Virus record (IMG/VR): IMGVR_UViG_3300023214_000447
Span: 1-44,207 of that record
Direction: 5' to 3' (one strand)
Source of the DNA: a virus
Lineage: Duplodnaviria; Caudoviricetes
Length of the DNA: 44,207 nt
A program made the position numbers and the translations under genes. Numbering within the stretch: position 1 is the stretch's first letter; every line of letters starts with the position of its first letter. The notes under the pieces were generated by a model. It made no database searches. It was not told where the DNA came from and saw nothing but the letters and a program-made list of their open reading frames with translations. Shown in pieces: positions 18,614 to 27,524 of this stretch.

Positions 18614-18811
18614 ATGCGACAGTTCATGCTCGGCCTCGTCTTAGGGTCCGTGTTTACCGCAGGCCTCGGGTTGGCCCAATCCACTATCTGGCAGAATGAG
18701 AACGATTTTATGTTGAACCAATTACTGAAAGAAGAAATGCAAAAGCGGCGTGACCGTGAATTGAACCCGACGCCGATTGTGCCCTTCGGGCATTCACGGA
18801 GACCATGCTGA
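18614..18811 (+). CDS. Small secreted/membrane protein
   Basis: Signal-like MRQFMLGLVLGSVFTAGLGLA. Confidence 0.6.
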   Translation: MRQFMLGLVLGSVFTAGLGLAQSTIWQNENDFMLNQLLKEEMQKRRDRELNPTPIVPFGHSRRPC

Positions 18812-18822
18812 AAGGAGAGCCC

Positions 18823-19476
18823 ATGACGACCATACCCCAAATCAATGAACAAGAGGCGCAGAGTTTGGCCCAGCAAACCTATCAACTGCAGGTGAACTCA
18901 CCGGAATCCTTGGAAGAGGCCCAACGATGGTTTTTGTCCATCCGAAAAAAGCGCAAGGAAATCGAGACAAAGTTTGATGAGCCGATGAAAGGCATGAATG
19001 CCCAACTCAAAAAGATGCGAGAAGCCCTGAAATCCTTCACGCAGCCCTTAAACGAAGCTGAAACCTGGCTGTCTACCCAGGTCAATGCCTACAAGCGGAA
19101 ACAAGCAGAAAAGGCTCGGCAACAGCAAATCAAGGAAATGGAGAAGTATCAGGCACGACGGGAAAAGGCGGAAGCCAAAGGCAAGGATCCTGATGTCGTC
19201 TCTCCTCCGAAAGTGGTAGAGATGCCAAGGAATTCCAGTACATTTGACGAGGGGCAGGCGATTACCAGGAAAACAAAAAAGGTTCGGTTCCTGAAAGACC
19301 CCAGCGTCAATAGTGATACCAAGCCAGATGTGTATCTGAGCATGGACATTGCCAAAGACCTTCCAGCCAATGTGTTTAAATTGGATTGGGCTCGACTGAA
19401 TCAGCAAGCAAAGGCGGGGGCTGACATACCAGGGATTGAAGTCTATACCGAGGAGACTTTGGTGGGGCGAGCATGA
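18823..19476 (+). CDS. Coiled-coil protein of recombination module (Gam/Gp157-like)
   Basis: SD AAGGAG; long helix, C-terminal IPGIEVYTE. Confidence 0.65.
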   Translation: MTTIPQINEQEAQSLAQQTYQLQVNSPESLEEAQRWFLSIRKKRKEIETKFDEPMKGMNAQLKKMREALKSFTQPLNEAETWLSTQVNAYKRKQAEKARQQQIKEMEKYQARREKAEAKGKDPDVVSPPKVVEMPRNSSTFDEGQAITRKTKKVRFLKDPSVNSDTKPDVYLSMDIAKDLPANVFKLDWARLNQQAKAGADIPGIEVYTEETLVGRA

Positions 19477-19994
19477 CGCTTCCTCGCGTCCATCAAGTGC
19501 TTCAGATTCTCTATCCCACGAATTGGGCAGGAGAGGATGATTTAGAGCGAGGGGCACGACTCCATTTTTTTATGGAGCAATGGGTCAACGCGATAAAAGC
19601 CGCCTCACCAGTCAAACCACTTCTGGATGAATATAATGAAACCGAACAGGTCCGACTTGGAAAAGCTATGGAATGGGTGGTGCAGGAAACAGAACCACCG
19701 TGGCATTGCGAAGAGTTGTCGAGGCACAGTCTTGGGTTTTGCGGCCACCCTGACCTGAACGCGCTCTATCGACAGAAATTATGGGTGATTGATTATAAGT
19801 TTGCCGAAACGATTACTGAGCAAAATCTGATGCAGGGAGAAGCGTATCGCCATTTAGTGCGTGGATGTCAGGGGGTGATACTGCTGCAAATCACTAATAA
19901 GGCTGACGTGAAAGTGCATAAACTGAAACAAAGACCAGACCTCTGGGCCATATTTTTGAATGCGCTGGCCGTCTGGAAATGGAGGAATCGCTAA
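19473..19994 (+). CDS. PD-(D/E)XK exonuclease
   Basis: RGARLH, FCGHPD, VIDYK, Q..AY motifs. Confidence 0.8.
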   Translation: MTLPRVHQVLQILYPTNWAGEDDLERGARLHFFMEQWVNAIKAASPVKPLLDEYNETEQVRLGKAMEWVVQETEPPWHCEELSRHSLGFCGHPDLNALYRQKLWVIDYKFAETITEQNLMQGEAYRHLVRGCQGVILLQITNKADVKVHKLKQRPDLWAIFLNALAVWKWRNR

Positions 19995-21109
19995 TGGATG
20001 AACGCGAAATTATGGTTCGTGAGGATCAGGCCCCGTTGACGAAAAAGGATTTACTGGCACAAGTCCAGATTATCCAGGATGTGATGAAGGGTGTGATGAG
20101 GTTGGGTGAGCATTATGGGACTGTCCCAGGATGTGGCGACAAGCCCACACTGCTTAAACCTGGCGCGGAAAAACTCATGATGACCTTTCGCTTAGCCCCT
20201 GACCCTGATGTCCTGCCGCTCTATCCAGGAGATGATGATAAGATCGGGTATCGGGTGACATGCCGACTGAATGCGATTCAGACGGGCCGGTTCATGGGGG
20301 CAGGTGTTGGCGAATGTTCCAGCGAAGAAGATAAATATAAATGGCGAGCGGCAGTCTGCGAAGAAGAGTATCAAGAGGCTGATCCTGGTGATCGACGGGT
20401 GAAATATTACAAGGGGGGAGGCTCTACCAAACAGGTGAGAACGAATCCTCATGACCAAGCCAACACCGTGCTGAAAATGGCCAAGAAGCGGGCGTTGGTA
20501 GATGCAGTGTTGACGGTACTCTCAGCTTCCGACTTATTCACGCAAGATATTGAAGAAATGGAGCATATTGAGCGCTCTTCGTCACACGCTCAGGCATCGA
20601 AGCCTTCTGCGACCAAAGGCCCTAACAGATGGATATGTGGTGTGTTGACTAAGTTTGAGGTGAAACAGGGACAGTCAGGAAAACGCCAGTGGGTCCGGCG
20701 GTCTTTTGGTTTTAACTGTGACGGTGAACAAATAGAGGTGGGTTGCTTTGATCTACCGGATGGGTGGACGGATGTAGCGGTCGAACAATATAAGTCGCAG
20801 GAGATGTTGTTTCAATGGAAATATAACGACAGGAAGTACAAGGAACTCATTGCACTTTCCGCACAGGAGGTGGACGGCGAGGACACCGGGCCTCCCTCTT
20901 CTGAGGAGGATATGGATCAGGCAGAATCGAAATGGCTGGACTTTCTGCAGTATTTCCAAGACGACCCTGAACGGACCGCAGTGATGAACGCCGTGGCAAA
21001 ACGCTTGTCTATCGAACGCATTGACGATCTGGCTGCGAAAGATTGTGAATCGTTTATGTTGACCTGTTGGGATGAATTGAAACGTCAAGCCAAGGGGAAG
21101 AAAAAATGA
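19994..21109 (+). CDS. Putative single-strand annealing/recombination protein
   Basis: HYGTVPGCGDKPTLLKPGAEKL and NTVLKMAKKRALVDA..LFTQD motifs; follows exonuclease. Confidence 0.7.
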   Translation: MDEREIMVREDQAPLTKKDLLAQVQIIQDVMKGVMRLGEHYGTVPGCGDKPTLLKPGAEKLMMTFRLAPDPDVLPLYPGDDDKIGYRVTCRLNAIQTGRFMGAGVGECSSEEDKYKWRAAVCEEEYQEADPGDRRVKYYKGGGSTKQVRTNPHDQANTVLKMAKKRALVDAVLTVLSASDLFTQDIEEMEHIERSSSHAQASKPSATKGPNRWICGVLTKFEVKQGQSGKRQWVRRSFGFNCDGEQIEVGCFDLPDGWTDVAVEQYKSQEMLFQWKYNDRKYKELIALSAQEVDGEDTGPPSSEEDMDQAESKWLDFLQYFQDDPERTAVMNAVAKRLSIERIDDLAAKDCESFMLTCWDELKRQAKGKKK

Positions 21110-21381
21110 ACAAACATGACAAGGAGCGCTGGCAGTCGAAACCCCTCATTCTGACCTGTCCGGAATCTTGCCCGAGGTGCCAAGGTTTTATGGACTACGA
21201 TTTCCTTTTAGGTTTCAAGTGTATTAATTGCGGATACTCCACCCTCGCAGAAGCCTGGAAGGCTCGGACTCCATCCCATCAGAAATCATCAACCGTGAAA
21301 GGACAAGCCCGACAGCGGAAATTAAAAGCCACGCGACAGCGCGGCGGTAATGGGGTAATTAATCATGCGCGAAAGGGGTGA
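21106..21381 (+). CDS. Zn-ribbon protein
   Basis: CPRC and CINC pairs. Confidence 0.65.
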   Translation: MNKHDKERWQSKPLILTCPESCPRCQGFMDYDFLLGFKCINCGYSTLAEAWKARTPSHQKSSTVKGQARQRKLKATRQRGGNGVINHARKG

Positions 21382-21384
21382 GTG

Positions 21385-21816
21385 ATGGGACAACCGACGA
21401 TGAGCTTGCGAGAAGCGATTGTGTTGGGAGAGGCATGGCCGCAGAGTGATAGGTATATTGGTTTGGACGAGAATGGGAATGTTTGTGAGGCGTGTGTTGT
21501 GGGAGGGGCGGCGCTGGCGGCAGGTATTTCATTAAGTAAATATGAAGGAAGTGAAGCGGTACAACTCGTAAGATTGTATCCGGAACTCAGTAAAGTTGTT
21601 GAGTGTCCAGAGTGCGGACAGCGTGGAGAACTCTTTTACATTATTGCTATCCACCTTGGGACGTCTAGTAAAAAGAAGGGACACGTGAAAGGCAGATGGA
21701 CACGGCAGGCAGTGGTGGCGTGGCTGGACGAGAGAGGAATCACCCAACCTCCGGCAACGGATGCGGAGCACGAAGAAAGGGAAACGGATGTCACCAGACG
21801 AACGACGTGCGTATGA
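21385..21816 (+). CDS. Hypothetical phage protein
   Basis: ACVVGGA, CPEC, WTRQAVVAWL; start approximate. Confidence 0.65.
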   Translation: MGQPTMSLREAIVLGEAWPQSDRYIGLDENGNVCEACVVGGAALAAGISLSKYEGSEAVQLVRLYPELSKVVECPECGQRGELFYIIAIHLGTSSKKKGHVKGRWTRQAVVAWLDERGITQPPATDAEHEERETDVTRRTTCV

Positions 21817-22207
21817 GCAGGTGATCCGGAAGCGGCGAGAGCTGAGCCTGCAGTATTTCCGGCATATACCGGAAACATGGGTTCACCTCGATATCGTCAT
21901 GGAGGACGCTCATGGCTCTTTCATCACTTTTAGGGAAAGACCTCACGGATTACACAATACGTGTGGCGCGGTGGGATGTGTCATGGGGTGGTTGTCGACG
22001 ATGCCGGAGGTACGGGAGTGGGTACAAGAGACGCAGATATCCGAAATTGATTCAGGCTACATTCTTGCCAAATTCTTGGGGGTAGAAGACCCCATTGGAT
22101 TATTTGGGGAGCGAGCGTGTCCGCATATTTCGCAGAAAGAGGAAGCCATTCAGCGTTTAGAACGCCTGCAAAATTTACCAATTACCTATGATGGAAAATG
22201 TGTGTGA
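21788..22207 (+). CDS. Hypothetical phage protein
   Basis: TCGAVGCVMGW motif; SD AAGGGA. Confidence 0.65.
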   Translation: MSPDERRAYEQVIRKRRELSLQYFRHIPETWVHLDIVMEDAHGSFITFRERPHGLHNTCGAVGCVMGWLSTMPEVREWVQETQISEIDSGYILAKFLGVEDPIGLFGERACPHISQKEEAIQRLERLQNLPITYDGKCV

Positions 22208-22340
22208 GAAGCACGGCCTTCCCAGTAGGCCGACGAGTCCCCGCGACACATGGTCAGGCATCCGTCAGTCGTGGTGGACAACTGGGGGCGATGAGTGGAG
22301 CCCGAGGCGTACCCTGGTGCGCCTTGGGTTTCCATGGGAG
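22208..22340 (+). ncRNA. Candidate structured RNA (three hairpins, possible pseudoknot)
   Basis: Stems 22214-22232, 22261-22278, 22296-22334; the last two contain G-U pairs. Confidence 0.4.
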
Positions 22341-22348
22341 GAATCACG

Positions 22349-22432
22349 ATGAATCTCACGTTTTTTAACGAACCCGGATTAAAAGAGGCGTTGCTTATAC
22401 CTGCAACGTCTTGGTGGAACCTGTTCGAATGA
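22349..22432 (+). pseudogene. 27-codon mini-ORF or truncated gene
   Basis: Strong SD GGAGG; MNLTFFNEPGLKEALL... Confidence 0.35.
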
Positions 22433-22464
22433 GAGAACGTCGCGCGTGAGAATCAGGAGAACCT

Positions 22465-22770
22465 ATGACGACAAAAATCATTGATGGATGGGTGGCGTAT
22501 CCAGTGAGAGTGGAGAAGCGGCATTTAGTACGGGCGATACAGGACATACAGAATAAAAAAGACAGGACCAGATACTGTGTGTTGGCGCAAGCCATCAAGG
22601 ACCAATACGACGGGTTTCTCCAATGTTGCGATGTGTGTGTTGTGGTGGCTCAACGACACAGGCGAGTCCATTTACGCATGGAGGGTGCTGTCAATCTTGT
22701 TCGACATTTTGATCAGGGGAAGTATGCCATGGTTGAACGCATGCTGCCCATGACGGTGTGGATGTACTGA
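22465..22770 (+). CDS. Hypothetical protein
   Basis: SD AGGAG; CVLAQAI..FD.G pattern. Confidence 0.65.
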   Translation: MTTKIIDGWVAYPVRVEKRHLVRAIQDIQNKKDRTRYCVLAQAIKDQYDGFLQCCDVCVVVAQRHRRVHLRMEGAVNLVRHFDQGKYAMVERMLPMTVWMY

Positions 22771-22793
22771 GGGGCGTGTCTGCAGGTCGCATC

Positions 22794-22910
22794 ATGAAGC
22801 CGGTCACCGTGTTGTCTTCCATCATCATCGCACTGGTTCTCTTGTTCGGAACCGTCTGTCTTGTTTGGGCGGCGCATAAACAGCGGTATCGAAGAGGTTC
22901 GCATGACTGA
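22794..22910 (+). CDS. Small single-TM protein, not in ORF track
   Basis: MKPVTVLSSIIIALVLLFGTVCLVWAAHKQRYRRGSHD. Confidence 0.55.
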   Translation: MKPVTVLSSIIIALVLLFGTVCLVWAAHKQRYRRGSHD

Positions 22911-23214
22911 GGAAGAACACACTATCGTGAAGACGCTGAAGGCGTTAAAACTAGATGTGGACATGATCATCGAGCTTTTGATTTCAGAAAAACATCCGGT
23001 GCTGTACGAAGCCGCCATTAATGTCACGAACCTTGATTGTACGTCGACGAGATATGTGTTGGAGGATGATGGCGATTGGCATTATGAGGTGGTGATTGAG
23101 GAAGCCGCACCAACCGAAAATACGTTTTGTCTTCTTGTGAAGGAGAGGTTGCCGCAACACTGGGGTCGTCCACGGCCCAATTATCATGGTGTGGCGATTC
23201 GGACGGAGTGGTGA
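22903..23214 (+). CDS. Hypothetical protein
   Basis: SD GAGG; MTEEEHTIV... Confidence 0.6.
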   Translation: MTEEEHTIVKTLKALKLDVDMIIELLISEKHPVLYEAAINVTNLDCTSTRYVLEDDGDWHYEVVIEEAAPTENTFCLLVKERLPQHWGRPRPNYHGVAIRTEW

Positions 23215-23352
23215 TCTGTTTCGTGCGTTTGTGGCGGGGTGGGATGCACCGTGTCAGTTTGTCGATATTGACGTGGGAGGATGGGAAAACGATTGCGAAG
23301 ATTGTATCGGGAGTACATGGAGTCTGTGAAAGGCGGAGAGGGGGAGTTATTG

Positions 23353-23787
23353 ATGGCGCGTTATGCCTTTAGCCAACGATCCTTCAGGAATCTGGATGGC
23401 GTCCATCCCGATCTTGTGCGTGTGGTACAGAGCGCGATGGACATGCAAGTACTCGATTTTGCCGTGGATGAAGGCGTAAGAACCGTCGTACGTCAGGCGG
23501 AATTGTTGAAAGATGGTCGCACCCGGACGATGGAATCCAAACACCTTATTCAGCCCGATGGTTTTGGCCATGCTGTTGACCTCTCGCCCTACCCACTGGA
23601 TTGGGAGGCGGTGACGAATGGGGATTATCGGGAGATCGCGCGGTTTGGTGTGTTGGCCGGGGTCATGTTGATGGTGGCGAAGTTGGAAGGCGTGGTTGTC
23701 GTGAATGGGATGGACTGGGACGGTGACGGGCTGACGTTGGACCATACGTTGTTTGACGGGCCGCATTTTCACGTGGTGCTGTTCTGA
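23353..23787 (+). CDS. M15-family peptidase endolysin (L-Ala-D-Glu type)
   Basis: FSQRS..NLDGVHPDLV, EGVRT..RQ, SKHL..GHAVD, DGPHF. Confidence 0.9.
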   Translation: MARYAFSQRSFRNLDGVHPDLVRVVQSAMDMQVLDFAVDEGVRTVVRQAELLKDGRTRTMESKHLIQPDGFGHAVDLSPYPLDWEAVTNGDYREIARFGVLAGVMLMVAKLEGVVVVNGMDWDGDGLTLDHTLFDGPHFHVVLF

Positions 23788-23800
23788 AAGGAGACCCATC

Positions 23801-24112
23801 ATGACTACACGCATGGAAGTGCCCGGGTTCACAAGAACACTGTTTTCCGTGACGGGAAAGGATTGTGACGTGCAGACGTTTCGGTCTGGCGGAAAAGGCG
23901 GACAGCACCAGAACAACGTGGAGTCCGGGGTGAGAATTATGCATCACGCCTCTGGCGCACGGGGTGAGTCCCGGGATACGCGGGATCAATTAAAAAATAC
24001 GCGTTTGGCGTTTCGTCGCATGATTGAATCTGAGGCGTTTAAGAAATGGCACCGGATGACGATTGCACGCCTTTCGGGACACAAGACAAAGGAGACTTAT
24101 CATGAACACTAA
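23801..24112 (+). CDS. Stand-alone RF-1 (GGQ) peptidyl-tRNA hydrolase domain protein
   Basis: FRSGGKGGQHQNNVESGVRIMH..SG...RDQLKN..LAF; SD AAGGAG. Confidence 0.9.
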   Translation: MTTRMEVPGFTRTLFSVTGKDCDVQTFRSGGKGGQHQNNVESGVRIMHHASGARGESRDTRDQLKNTRLAFRRMIESEAFKKWHRMTIARLSGHKTKETYHEH

Positions 24113-24254
24113 CATTGTACTATTAGGAATCCTCATCTGTGTGCTATCCGCCTGCACCGGGCCGATCCCCGGGGCGCGTTGTATCGTCGTGCCGAATGGC
24201 GTGAATGGGACGTACCATGACGTCTGCGTGGTGGCGGTGGAGGAGCACGCATGA
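24102..24254 (+). CDS. Small putative lipoprotein
   Basis: MNTNIVLLGILICVLSA-C lipobox; SD AAGGAG. Confidence 0.65.
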   Translation: MNTNIVLLGILICVLSACTGPIPGARCIVVPNGVNGTYHDVCVVAVEEHA

Positions 24255-24616
24255 AACAGTATCGGGAAAACCAACAAACGATTGCTGAATGGGCTAAGTG
24301 GACATTCGGAGAAACACAGAGCAATGTATGGTTGGCATGTCGTGCGAATGAGGAAATGGCCGAACTCTTAGCTTGTTTTGGCAATGACAACCTGAACAAA
24401 ATTGACACAATGTATGTCACGCGTAAGGCAGCCGGGGAAATTGCTGACATCGTCATTGTGCTGTATGAGTTGGCGGAGCATTTAGGTATAGATGTCCATC
24501 AGGCCGTGGATGAGAAAATGGACATCAACCGGTCCCGGGAATCCCGGAGAGAGGAAGGTATGGAACCGGAGTGGGGAAGGGCCGGAAAAAAGGATGACAC
24601 CAGACCCAACCTTTGA
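24251..24616 (+). CDS. MazG-like nucleotide pyrophosphohydrolase
   Basis: EEMAEL, GEIADIVI, AVDEKMDINRSR. Confidence 0.85.
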   Translation: MKQYRENQQTIAEWAKWTFGETQSNVWLACRANEEMAELLACFGNDNLNKIDTMYVTRKAAGEIADIVIVLYELAEHLGIDVHQAVDEKMDINRSRESRREEGMEPEWGRAGKKDDTRPNL

Positions 24617-24752
24617 CGCAGATGGATACCCGACCGAGGCAACGCGAGACACATTGGAGTACTGGGATGTCAACGATTTCGATGGAGCTATGGAGTATCT
24701 TGCGAAGGCATGGCATTGGCCGGAATGCGTGACACAGTTACCGGACACTTGA
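24594..24752 (+). CDS. Hypothetical protein, possibly truncated
   Basis: DADGYPTE motif; short. Confidence 0.5.
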   Translation: MTPDPTFDADGYPTEATRDTLEYWDVNDFDGAMEYLAKAWHWPECVTQLPDT

Positions 24753-24833
24753 GTATCAGGTGAATTATAGTACGGCCCTTCTCACGATCGAGCCTGTGGT
24801 GCTGTTTGAGTGCATTGTGGAGGTGATAAAGAT

Positions 24834-25082
24834 ATGAGTGATGAACCATTTGCCTCTATAGAGCGGTATGGTCCGCGCGTGAATTATGGACATGGGTGGC
24901 TGGCGACGGTCGGCCTTGAGCGTGACACCCAAGGCGAGTGGGTACGCTACGAGGATTATCGAGCGCTCCTTGAAGCGTATCAAGAAATCAAGAAACACGT
25001 GGCGTCCATTCATTCGGTGGCACAGGCGCATGCGACAGGGAATATTGAGCACGTGATTCGAGGGATCACGGGGCAACAATGA
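24834..25082 (+). CDS. Hypothetical phage protein
   Basis: SD GGAGG; GEWVRYEDY motif. Confidence 0.6.
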   Translation: MSDEPFASIERYGPRVNYGHGWLATVGLERDTQGEWVRYEDYRALLEAYQEIKKHVASIHSVAQAHATGNIEHVIRGITGQQ

Positions 25083-25441
25083 CTAAAACTCTCACTTTTA
25101 CCATTGATGGCCAACCCTATGGATTTGGGAAAAACCATGCCAATTTCCGGCGTGGAAATAGCCAATTCGACAAATGGAAGCGAGAGGCCAACAAGCAATT
25201 GATGGGGCAAGTGAAGAACGTCACGCCATTTACAACGCCCGTTCATATGATGTTGGACTATGTGCCTGGGGACCGGCGCGTTCGTGACGCCACGGCCATC
25301 CTCGACGGAATTCTTCATTTTCTGGAAGCCTCTGGAATCGTGGAAAATGATAAATTGATTAAAGAAATCTCCTATGTGGAACATCCCCAAAATCCTCACA
25401 ATCCTCGGATTCAGCTCACACTGTTCTCTCTGGACATGTAA
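25079..25441 (+). CDS. rusA: RusA-like Holliday junction resolvase
   Basis: GKN, DRRVRD..AILD..L..SGIVEND..I, NPRI motifs. Confidence 0.8.
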   Translation: MTKTLTFTIDGQPYGFGKNHANFRRGNSQFDKWKREANKQLMGQVKNVTPFTTPVHMMLDYVPGDRRVRDATAILDGILHFLEASGIVENDKLIKEISYVEHPQNPHNPRIQLTLFSLDM

Positions 25442-25447
25442 CCCTCT

Positions 25448-26080
25448 ATGTATCGAGTCAAGAATTGGCAGCAATTTCAACGGTATCAACGCGAGAATGT
25501 ACCATGGATTAAACTGCATAAGCGCCTTTTGGACGACCCAGAGTTTCATGCCCTCAAAGGGGAAGATGCGAAAATTTTAATCATGTTATGGCTGGTTGCC
25601 TCCGATGGCAATGATGGGACCCTCCCGTGTCTCTCGAAATTGGCCTTTCGGTTGCGGGTCCCAGAAAACTCTTTACAATCCAGCATTTCCCGTCTTTCAC
25701 ATTTCATTCACATGGATGTGTTAAAAGATTCACAAGGAAATGTGAACAATGTGTTCTCAGAGAGAGAGGGAGAGAGAGAGGAGATTAATTTATATAAGAA
25801 TATAAATATGTCGGGCTATCGCCACGACGCGAGTCAGCTTCTAGACTTTCTCAATGAAAAAGCCGGGAAAAACTTTCGGCCTACCGAGGTGAACCTGAAT
25901 CTGATTATGGCTCGGATGAAAGAGGGGTATTCTCTTCGGCAATTACGGGTGATGACCGCCAAAAAAATCAACGAATGGGAATCGGATGAGAAGATGGTGA
26001 AATATATTCGCCCCGCCACGCTGTACAACCGGGAAAAGTGCAATCAATATATTGGAGAGCTCCCCCATGATTTGTCCTAA
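25448..26080 (+). CDS. Phage replication initiator / replisome organizer
   Basis: VKNWQQFQ.Y..PWIKL N-terminus; LNEKAGKNFR..YIRPATLY C-terminus; AG-rich tract 25759-25783. Confidence 0.8.
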   Translation: MYRVKNWQQFQRYQRENVPWIKLHKRLLDDPEFHALKGEDAKILIMLWLVASDGNDGTLPCLSKLAFRLRVPENSLQSSISRLSHFIHMDVLKDSQGNVNNVFSEREGEREEINLYKNINMSGYRHDASQLLDFLNEKAGKNFRPTEVNLNLIMARMKEGYSLRQLRVMTAKKINEWESDEKMVKYIRPATLYNREKCNQYIGELPHDLS

Positions 26081-26456
26081 ATGCTCAGAACCCAACTTCG
26101 AGGAGGAGACAGGCTGTCCGTTGTGCGGCTTTGTGACGAAGCAAATCAAGCAAGCCAAAAAGAAGGAGGCGGAGTCTGTCCCGAAAGTCTATTGCAAACA
26201 GTGCGACTCTCCCTATGACATCTATGGAGTCCATGCCCAATGTTGGAATATGTGTTCGGGACAAAAACGATGGGAAAAAGGCGAAAAATGGTTCTGTCAT
26301 ATCCATCGTGCAGAACCAAGCCGTGTCTATCCGGAAACTACCACAAGAAATTTGCCAGGACAGGGCTCAGTTCAACAAATGGTCCATGGCCCTGAAGAAG
26401 CTAAAGGCTACATGGAAAAGTCACATCCTGAGGAAACCTCGCAAAGAGGACCTTAA
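26067..26456 (+). CDS. Multi-Cys Zn-finger protein
   Basis: CPKC, CPLC, CKQC, WFCHIH. Confidence 0.6.
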   Translation: MICPKCSEPNFEEETGCPLCGFVTKQIKQAKKKEAESVPKVYCKQCDSPYDIYGVHAQCWNMCSGQKRWEKGEKWFCHIHRAEPSRVYPETTTRNLPGQGSVQQMVHGPEEAKGYMEKSHPEETSQRGP

Positions 26457-26575
26457 GCGTAAAACCTGAGTGAGGCCCATAACTGAGCCAAATCTTCCCA
26501 AATGGTCGTGATGGTGCCAATTTCCAGAGGTTCTGGGATTAAAATGAGTTTTGAATCGTCATTGACGAGCCACAT
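26453..26575 (-). CDS. Small hypothetical protein (40 aa), not in ORF track
   Basis: SD GGAGG; MWLVNDDSKLILIPEP... Confidence 0.5.
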   Translation of the reverse strand: MWLVNDDSKLILIPEPLEIGTITTIWEDLAQLWASLRFYA

Positions 26576-26589
26576 ACCCTTTCCTCCCT

Positions 26590-26685
26590 TCATCGAAAGA
26601 GCCACAGGAGCAGGCCCAGACCCAGCCAAAGGAGTACAATAATCAACGCCAGTCCGATTGAACCCGTGAGAACGTCAGTGTCCAT
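26590..26685 (-). CDS. 31-aa single-TM peptide, not in ORF track
   Basis: SD GGAGG; MDTDVLTGSIGLALIIVLLWLGLGLLLWLFR. Confidence 0.6.
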   Translation of the reverse strand: MDTDVLTGSIGLALIIVLLWLGLGLLLWLFR

Positions 26686-26822
26686 GTCTATCCCTCCGTC
26701 TTACGATTTTAGGTTAAGGCCTGTTTTTTTTCTCAACCACAGATTTCATTTCAAAATTGCGTTGGCAATCAGGAGAATACCTCCCAAGACAGCCACGACC
26801 AGGCTGAAAATAGAACATATAT

Positions 26823-26990
26823 TCAATCAGAATCATGGGACTCCTTTCCGTTGTCATGACTCATGAGCCAATAGCACCACGAACAGAGCTTCGAGTCCGG
26901 GCCAGGGCATGGAAGGCAGACGGTCCCACACTTGGCGCAGTGCATGAGGTGTTCCGCTTTTGGTTCATAGGTCCGAGTGGGGTTCATCAT
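26823..26990 (-). CDS. 55-aa Zn-finger protein, not in ORF track
   Basis: ATGA coupling; CAKC, CLPC, CSWC. Confidence 0.55.
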   Translation of the reverse strand: MMNPTRTYEPKAEHLMHCAKCGTVCLPCPGPDSKLCSWCYWLMSHDNGKESHDSD

Positions 26991-27190
26991 CCGTCTACCC
27001 TCCCCTTCTCATACATACATTCCTGTATCGTGCGCTTCAAAAGAGACGCCACCCCCTCTGAGCATCCGACCGCCTCCATGATTTCCTGAGTCGTGACGTG
27101 CATCAGATCATAGGTGTAGTCCCGGTCTTCGTGTTGCTCCAAGAGTGCGACGACCGTAATAATTGCGTCCTTCAATATCCGTTCATTCAT
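26987..27190 (-). CDS. Hypothetical protein
   Basis: Part of packed leftward operon. Confidence 0.55.
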   Translation of the reverse strand: MNERILKDAIITVVALLEQHEDRDYTYDLMHVTTQEIMEAVGCSEGVASLLKRTIQECMYEKGRVDG

Positions 27191-27199
27191 GACAGCAAA

Positions 27200-27331
27200 C
27201 TATCTCTTGTGCCGCATCAGGAATTGCAAGGCTCGGTCAACGACCAGGTACATAGACCCGAATACGCCAATGACCAGCACAAGAAATTCCCAGGTTTTCA
27301 GGTTGTCAATCCATTCCCACAATGGTGTCAT
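27200..27331 (-). CDS. 43-aa single-TM peptide, not in ORF track
   Basis: SD GAGGGG; MTPLWEWIDNLKTWEFLVLVIGVFGSMYLVVDRALQFLMRHKR. Confidence 0.6.
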   Translation of the reverse strand: MTPLWEWIDNLKTWEFLVLVIGVFGSMYLVVDRALQFLMRHKR

Positions 27332-27341
27332 GGTGTCCCCC

Positions 27342-27524
27342 TCATAGACTCATGGGTTCGAGTGGATAATCGGCACATAATTGCCGCGTGTTAAACTGTA
27401 GTTCCACGTCATTCGCGCAGCGAATGGCCTTCACCGCTGCGTCAAACTTGCCGACCTTAGCTAAGACGTGAGCATGGGTGAGCCAGGCTAGACGTAGGCG
27501 GAGTCGTTGGGTTATGGGGATCAT
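27342..27524 (-). CDS. Hypothetical protein (60 aa)
   Basis: SD AAGGAG before MIPITQRL. Confidence 0.6.
   Translation of the reverse strand: MIPITQRLRLRLAWLTHAHVLAKVGKFDAAVKAIRCANDVELQFNTRQLCADYPLEPMSL

Noticed and set aside
19473-19994. Cas4 / CRISPR adaptation gene
   Set aside because: PD-(D/E)XK motif without the four-Cys cluster, in an ordinary recombination module.
22227-22255. Hammerhead ribozyme (CCGACGAGTC...GAC)
   Set aside because: Lacks CUGANGA and the GAAA core.
23801-24112. Stop-codon reassignment suggested by a release-factor gene
   Set aside because: Core genes are full-length in the standard code, all three stops are used, the protein lacks codon-recognition domains and no suppressor tRNA was seen.
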